Positions 59,213-64,000 of a DNA stretch of 64,000 nt are shown piece by piece. Source of the DNA: Candidatus Gastranaerophilales bacterium. Lineage in GTDB: Bacteria; Cyanobacteriota; Vampirovibrionia; Gastranaerophilales; Gastranaerophilaceae. A program made the position numbers and the translations under genes. Under the pieces are notes generated by a model. That model worked only from the letters and a program-made list of their open reading frames with translations, was not told where the DNA came from and did no database searches. Position 1 is the stretch's first letter. Every line of letters starts with the position of its first letter. The DNA is taken from NCBI GenBank assembly GCA_944326905.1, contig CALVFU010000004.1:16619-80618 (forward strand), given 5' to 3'.

Positions 59213-59294
59213 TGCCGACGGCGGGACTTGAACCCGCAAGGATTTCTCCACACGCATCTGAAACGTGCATGTTTACCGATTTCATCACGTCGGC
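59213..59294 (-). tRNA. tRNA-Leu (anticodon CAG), class II with long variable arm
   Basis: Hand-folded from the reverse complement: acceptor GCCGACG/CGTCGGC, 3-bp D-stem AUG/CAU, anticodon stem CACGU/GCGUG with loop UUCAGAU, variable stem GGA-GAAA-UCC, T-arm GCGGG-UUCAAGU-CCCGC, discriminator A. No encoded CCA. Confidence 0.9.
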
Positions 59295-59310
59295 ACACAC
59301 TCTTACTATA

Positions 59311-60516
59311 CTATATGATTTCATCCATATTTTCAAGTAAATTATTTGTACCGTTGTTTACTATATTTCCTTCTGCTTTCGCCTTATTTTCTATTTTCTT
59401 GTTACCGGCTTCTTTCCCTGCTGCTTCGCTATTCTTGTTGCGTGAAGTTCGAGAGGCTTTTGAAACTTTTGTAGCTCCGCTGTTTTTTGCGTCTTTTGCA
59501 GCTTTTGCTGCTATTTCTTCACATTCTTTCATTTTTTTATATAAAAAGTTAAAATCCAGCTCTCTGTTTGGAATAATCCACGGCAGAGGTAAAAAGTCAG
59601 GTTCTGTTCGGTTTTGTAGTTCCTTTAAAGTAACATTTTTTCGTTTTCTTTGGTGTAGATAAGCATTTCTTGTATATTCCTTAAAGGCGTTCTTTAATAC
59701 ATCGTTGCCTTCTTCTTGGAGCGGTTTTAGATATTTCATCATAGACATATATTTCTTTTGTATAGGCTTGCTACACCGTATTTTATATGTTAAATCTTCA
59801 ACATCCTTTAATTCGGCAATATCTGCACCCATGATTTGAATTTCAGCATAGCTTTCTCCGTACTTGCTTGGTGGAAATTTTATGGTTAAGTGTATTGCAT
59901 TATACCCCATAGGATGCTCTTCGCTTACAACACGTATAGGTCCCACCATCTTTTCACAGGCTTTCTTTAACGGTTGTAATTGCTTTGGCGTAACATAGGA
60001 TAACCTTGGATCTCCATAAAAGTTTTCAATTTCTATTATTGAAAGTTCTCCTTTTAACACCATATCTTCAAACTTTTTAAGGATAGTTTCTATACTTTGT
60101 TTTGATGTATCTCTTAAGATTAATCTTCCTCCGATTATGTCTTGGATTTGTTGAGATAGTTCTGTATAGTTCTTAACCTCTCTTGCTCCGCCTTTTTCAG
60201 CTATAGACTCAGGTGATTTAATTCTTGCTTTGATTTTATAAATAGGTCTATCTGGATAATTGTCAGTTGCCTTCATGGCGTTAAAAGCGCTTTCCAGCTT
60301 CTTTTGAAACATTTGAAAGGCTTTTGCAAGTGTTTTGTTTACGTCCATTCCCATTTGTTTTGATAATCTAGCCTCATTTTTAAGCTGTTTTGCTCCTACA
60401 CCGAATGATACAGTGTCGCGTTCTAATGGCTTAAGGTTGGAATAGTTATTGTTTATAAGGGGGGTGTTAGTTTGTCTTTTAAAATTAAATAAATTCGGAG
60501 TAATTGTTAAATTCAT
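59311..60516 (-). CDS. RelA/SpoT-homologue, synthetase-only small RSH (SAS/toxSAS-like) with N- and C-terminal extensions
   Basis: Ordered RelA_SpoT motifs: YKIKARIKSPESIAEK, IQDIIGGRLILRD, HPMGYNAIHLTIKF, YAEIQIMG...VEDLTYKIR. No HD hydrolase, TGS or ACT regions. Lys/Ala/Ser-rich C-terminal tail. Confidence 0.75.
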   Translation of the reverse strand: MNLTITPNLFNFKRQTNTPLINNNYSNLKPLERDTVSFGVGAKQLKNEARLSKQMGMDVNKTLAKAFQMFQKKLESAFNAMKATDNYPDRPIYKIKARIKSPESIAEKGGAREVKNYTELSQQIQDIIGGRLILRDTSKQSIETILKKFEDMVLKGELSIIEIENFYGDPRLSYVTPKQLQPLKKACEKMVGPIRVVSEEHPMGYNAIHLTIKFPPSKYGESYAEIQIMGADIAELKDVEDLTYKIRCSKPIQKKYMSMMKYLKPLQEEGNDVLKNAFKEYTRNAYLHQRKRKNVTLKELQNRTEPDFLPLPWIIPNRELDFNFLYKKMKECEEIAAKAAKDAKNSGATKVSKASRTSRNKNSEAAGKEAGNKKIENKAKAEGNIVNNGTNNLLENMDEII

Positions 60517-60667
60517 ATTTTACCTTCTGTTCTTTTTATTTTCCATTTCGTATAAAATATGTAAATAAAAAAATTTGCTTTGTAAATAACTAAATTATGA
60601 TTATTCTTAATATAAATTTACAAATTAAAACTTTTTTGTTAGTATTTAGTCACAGAGGTAAAGGGAT

Positions 60668-61921
60668 ATGGATTTTAAGGAAATTGCAAAATCAGCTAAA
60701 AAGGCGTCATTTGAACTTGCTAATGCTAGCGAAGAGATTAAGAATAGAGTTTTGTCGGCCGCTGCTAAAGGATTGGAGCAGAATTCTAAAATGATTTTTG
60801 AGGCAAATATAAAAGATTTGGATGCGGCTAAAGAACTTGTATCAACAGGTGAAATTACTCCATCTGTGTATAAACGATTAAAACTAGATGAAAATAAATT
60901 AAGAGATATGATACAAGGAATTAGAGATTTAATAAAACTCCCGGATCCTGTGAACAAAACACTATTGAGACGTCAGCTTGATAAAGGAATTATACTGGAA
61001 AAGATATCTTGTCCAATTGGGGTTCTTGGTATTATATTTGAAGCCCGTCCTGATGTTATTGCGCAAGTTTCAGCACTTGCTGTAAAATCAGGTAATGCGG
61101 TAATATTAAAGGGTGGTAAAGAGGCTGTTAATACTAATAAAATTCTTTTTGATATTATCAAAAAAGCAGCGTCTGAAGTTGAAGGTTTTCTGCCTGATGC
61201 CTTGCAGCAGATATTTACCAGAGAAGATGTCTCAGAAATGCTTAAATGTGACGGGCTTGTTGATTTAATTATCCCAAGGGGCGGTAATAAGCTTGTCCAA
61301 TTTATCAAAAGTAATACTAAAATACCTGTACTAGGTCACGCGGATGGAGTCTGCCATATTTTTGTGGATGAGTCTGCTGATTTAGAAATGGCAGTAAAAA
61401 TAATTGTAGACGCTAAAACACAGTACCCAAGTGCATGTAATTCTGTGGAAACTCTTATTGTACATAAAGACTTTCCTTATGCACCGGCATTGAGGGATAC
61501 ATTGATTGATTCTGGAATTGATATTGTTGATAATCCGCAGGAATGGCATCATGAATACTCTGATACAACTTTAAGTTATTTAATTGTGCCGGATATTGAT
61601 ACTGCAATTAATCATATTAATACTTACGGGTCTGGGCACACTGATGCTATCATTACAAATGACAAGCAGAATGCAGATAAATTTATAAGTCTTGTTGATT
61701 CTGCCGGCGTATACCATAATGTATCAACAAGGTTTGCTGATGGGTTCCGCTATGGTTTTGGTGCAGAAGTTGGTATTTCTACTAATAAAACACATGCACG
61801 CGGTCCTGTTGGTCTTGAAGGGCTTACCATATATAAATATAATATTAGAGGCAATGGTGATATTGTAAGCGATTATGCAGACGGAACAAAACAGTTTCAT
61901 CATAAGGACTTAGAAATATGA
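60668..61921 (+). CDS. proA: Gamma-glutamyl phosphate reductase
   Basis: 417 aa of the aldehyde dehydrogenase fold, with the catalytic Cys in PSACNSVETLIVH and the conserved GHTDAIIT and VYHNVSTRFADG blocks. Confidence 0.93.
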   Translation: MDFKEIAKSAKKASFELANASEEIKNRVLSAAAKGLEQNSKMIFEANIKDLDAAKELVSTGEITPSVYKRLKLDENKLRDMIQGIRDLIKLPDPVNKTLLRRQLDKGIILEKISCPIGVLGIIFEARPDVIAQVSALAVKSGNAVILKGGKEAVNTNKILFDIIKKAASEVEGFLPDALQQIFTREDVSEMLKCDGLVDLIIPRGGNKLVQFIKSNTKIPVLGHADGVCHIFVDESADLEMAVKIIVDAKTQYPSACNSVETLIVHKDFPYAPALRDTLIDSGIDIVDNPQEWHHEYSDTTLSYLIVPDIDTAINHINTYGSGHTDAIITNDKQNADKFISLVDSAGVYHNVSTRFADGFRYGFGAEVGISTNKTHARGPVGLEGLTIYKYNIRGNGDIVSDYADGTKQFHHKDLEI

Positions 61922-62694
61922 AAGTTGGTGTAATAGGTCTGGGATTGATAGGCGGGTCGATATTTAAGCGGCTTAAAGCTCAAGGTTATGATATTGTTGC
62001 TGTGTCATCAACGCAAACAGGCGAGAATATTTTTTCTGATTATTCTGCTTTAAAAGACTGTAATTTTATTTTTATTTGTACTCCTATTCATACAATTTTG
62101 GATGTTCTTGATAAATTAACTGAAGTTATTCCTGCTGATACAATTGTTACAGATACTGCAAGTTTAAAAGAATTTGTTACAAAAAAGAGTTATTCGTTTA
62201 AATTTATTCCGTCTCACCCAATGGCGGGAACTGAGTTTAGCGGATATAAGAATTCTTTTCCTGAACTTTTTGACGGTGCCAAGTGGGTTATAACTCCATA
62301 CGATAATACAGATACGTCACCTTTGGAAAAGTTGATAAAAGATATGGGGGCTGTTCCTGTTTATGCCTCACCTAAAGCGCATGATAAAGCCGCTGCAATG
62401 ATTTCACATACTCCTATGCTTATTGCGCAGGCTTTATTTGTTGCAAGCTTTGATGATGATTTAGCATTGAAACTTGCAGCAAGCGGATTCCGTGATATGA
62501 CAAGGCTTGCTGTTTCTAACCCTGAGATGGCGGCTGATATGATTAATTTTAACTATTATAATATTGAACAATCTCTGCTTAAGATTTATTCTGTAATTGG
62601 TGATTTACTCAAAAATTATGATAAGGATTTTCTTACGGAAATAGCTTTGAAACGTAAAAATATGTATGATAAAAACGGTAAAAACATTTTGTAG
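61918..62694 (+). CDS. tyrA: Prephenate/arogenate dehydrogenase
   Basis: Rossmann VGVIGLGLIGGS, SHPMAG catalytic motif. ATGA overlap with proA. Confidence 0.85.
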   Translation: MKVGVIGLGLIGGSIFKRLKAQGYDIVAVSSTQTGENIFSDYSALKDCNFIFICTPIHTILDVLDKLTEVIPADTIVTDTASLKEFVTKKSYSFKFIPSHPMAGTEFSGYKNSFPELFDGAKWVITPYDNTDTSPLEKLIKDMGAVPVYASPKAHDKAAAMISHTPMLIAQALFVASFDDDLALKLAASGFRDMTRLAVSNPEMAADMINFNYYNIEQSLLKIYSVIGDLLKNYDKDFLTEIALKRKNMYDKNGKNIL

Positions 62695-62698
62695 GTTT

Positions 62699-63607
62699 TT
62701 ATACTTTTATTTCTCTTTTTATAGTATCGGCAGGATAGGTAAGTGTTAATTTGTTATCCAGGGCGAATTGTAAATATTTTTGACGATTATTTTCATCACC
62801 TAATTTTTTAAAGAGACATGCTGTATCATAGCATAAGTCGCCGTTATTTTTTGTTTTTTCGATACCTTCAAGCAGAATATTTAGCCCTTCTTCTATTTGA
62901 TTTTTAGAAACGAATATCTTTGCAAGAATTTGATAGGCGCCGATATCCATAGGATTGTAGAAGAGAGTTTTTTTTAGATACTCGGCGGCTTCTTCCAAGT
63001 CACCGTTTTCATAAGAAATTGAACCCAGATTAAAATATGCCCAGCTGTAATCCGGAGATATTTCGATTACTCGTTTGTAATTTTCTATTGCGAAATTGGT
63101 AAGTCCTTGTTCCTTGTAGATGTATCCGGCGTAGAAATATGCATAGACATCATACCTATCAAGTTCTATTGCTTGCAGGAAATAATCGAGTGCTTTATTG
63201 TAATCCTTTAGGTGAAAATAGCAGAGTCCTATATTAAATATAGTATTTTCATCTCCGGGCGAGGTTTTACTTACTTTTAAAAATTCTGTTAATGCGTCCT
63301 GGTAGTTTTTTTGTTCAATCAGAACGGAGCCCAAGTTGTAGCTGTAATCTTCTTCCTGTTTAATGGAGACTGCGTGTTTGTATGCATCAACAGCTTCATC
63401 TTTCATTTTTAATTTTTCATACGCTATTCCCAGGTTAAACCATATTTCATCGTTATCAGGAAAGATTTTTAAGAGGTATTTAAGATTAGTAACCGCTTCT
63501 TCATTAAATCCTTTTTCTAGAAGCTCCATAGCAAGCTCTCTTCTTGCCTGAAAATTATCAGGTGAAGCCTTTAGAATTTTTTGCAGGTTTTTAATTTCAT
63601 CCTCCAT
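62699..63607 (-). CDS. TPR-repeat protein
   Basis: 302 aa of consecutive TPR units (WFNLGIAYEKLKMKDEAVDAYKHAVSI..., AYFNLGSISYENGDLEEAAEYLKKTLFYNP). Confidence 0.65.
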   Translation of the reverse strand: MEDEIKNLQKILKASPDNFQARRELAMELLEKGFNEEAVTNLKYLLKIFPDNDEIWFNLGIAYEKLKMKDEAVDAYKHAVSIKQEEDYSYNLGSVLIEQKNYQDALTEFLKVSKTSPGDENTIFNIGLCYFHLKDYNKALDYFLQAIELDRYDVYAYFYAGYIYKEQGLTNFAIENYKRVIEISPDYSWAYFNLGSISYENGDLEEAAEYLKKTLFYNPMDIGAYQILAKIFVSKNQIEEGLNILLEGIEKTKNNGDLCYDTACLFKKLGDENNRQKYLQFALDNKLTLTYPADTIKREIKV

Positions 63608-63633
63608 ACAGATAAATATATCAGATTTATTAC

Positions 63634-63662
63634 AAAAAAAAAAGCCGTCTTAGAGAACGGCT
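63634..63662 (-). terminator. Intrinsic terminator on the minus strand with no annotated gene upstream of it
   Basis: Minus strand AGCCGU-UCUCUAAG-ACGGCU followed by U10. Lies between the aroA promoter region and the TPR gene start. Confidence 0.6.
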
Positions 63663-63805
63663 ACCAGACTTGGGGAGGAGGTATAAGAAACGAAATTGTT
63701 CCTTATATTAGCAATTACGGCAGTTTAAAAAAAATCTTTAAATTTTTTGTTTAAATATCCTACAAATGGTTTACTTTTAAGAACGCGGGTGATAAAATTA
63801 ATCCT

Positions 63806-64000
63806 ATGAAAAAACAAGTTATACCTTTAATTGAGCCCCTAAAAGGCGAAATAGAAATTCCTTCGGACAAGTCAATATCTCATAGAGCGGTTATGTTTTC
63901 ATCTTTGGCAGATGGGCGTTCAATTATAAGTAATTTTTCAAAAGGTGCAGATTGTGTATCTTCTCTTAATGTGTGCCGCGGGCTTGGAGCAGAGATTAAT
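63806..64000 (+). CDS. aroA: 3-phosphoshikimate 1-carboxyvinyltransferase (EPSP synthase), 3'-truncated by the window edge
   Basis: MKKQVIPLIEPLKGEIEIPSDKSISHRAVMFSSLADG... is a canonical AroA N-terminus (PxDKSxSHR). Confidence 0.85.
   Translation, partial: MKKQVIPLIEPLKGEIEIPSDKSISHRAVMFSSLADGRSIISNFSKGADCVSSLNVCRGLGAEIN

Noticed and set aside
59213-59294. Alternative reading of the long-arm tRNA anticodon loop as UUUCAGA (anticodon UCA, i.e. tRNA-Sec).
   Set aside because: That register gives a mismatched anticodon stem. The register with loop UUCAGAU gives five clean pairs, a 7-bp acceptor stem and a class II Leu-type D-arm, so the gene is tRNA-Leu(CAG).
59006-59662. ORFs 59006..59257 (-) and 59228..59662 (+) around the tRNA-Leu gene.
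   Set aside because: Both run through the tRNA-Leu sequence. The plus-strand one is antisense to the 3' end of the RelA/SpoT-homologue gene and has low-complexity F/S/L-rich content. Neither has an RBS or a recognisable domain.

Overview
AT-rich bacterial chromosomal segment, roughly one-third G+C by eye, densely coding and mostly housekeeping. No rRNA, CRISPR array, transposase, integrase or prophage structural genes were recognised. Recognisable content in order: 3' part of an RND efflux pump plus a TolC-like channel; recO-pilT; tuf; gcvT-gcvH-gcvPA; atpD-atpC; a flaG-fliS-fliT-like flagellar chaperone cluster; ychF; rpsT; MgtC and two Opp/Dpp-type ABC permeases; tRNA-Arg(CCG)-miaB-proS; ftsZ; tRNA-Glu(CUC); gyrA; rpsO. 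A long minus-strand block follows: murG-ftsW-murD-mraY-murF, an M14 peptidase, ftsY-nusB, rplI, rseP, uppP, queD, kpsF. The window ends with tRNA-Leu(CAG), proA-tyrA and the start of aroA. Several core genes look cyanobacterial: an EF-Tu with the cyanobacterial-type insertion, a separate atpD-atpC unit, a long NusB next to ftsY, and an N-terminally extended FtsZ without ftsA. Together with flagellar and pilus genes, the low G+C and the absence of photosynthesis genes, this fits a non-photosynthetic cyanobacterial sister lineage (Melainabacteria/Vampirovibrionia-like); this is inference, with no database search run. Best second-look candidates: (1) an orphan single-domain RelA/SpoT homologue (toxSAS-like) with private N- and C-terminal extensions and no antitoxin ORF, ending 16 nt before a co-oriented tRNA-Leu. 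(2) A 16-nt copy of that tRNA's 3' end exactly 200 bp downstream, bracketing a structured spacer. (3) A similar N-terminal leader on three unrelated large proteins (AAA+ ATPase, RelA/SpoT homologue, LRR protein). (4) A tRNA-Glu-flanked AAA+/DUF3800 islet. (5) Three ORF-less units bounded by promoter-like or terminator-like signals that may encode small RNAs. Coordinates of RNA and regulatory features were hand-counted and may be off by 1-2 nt.
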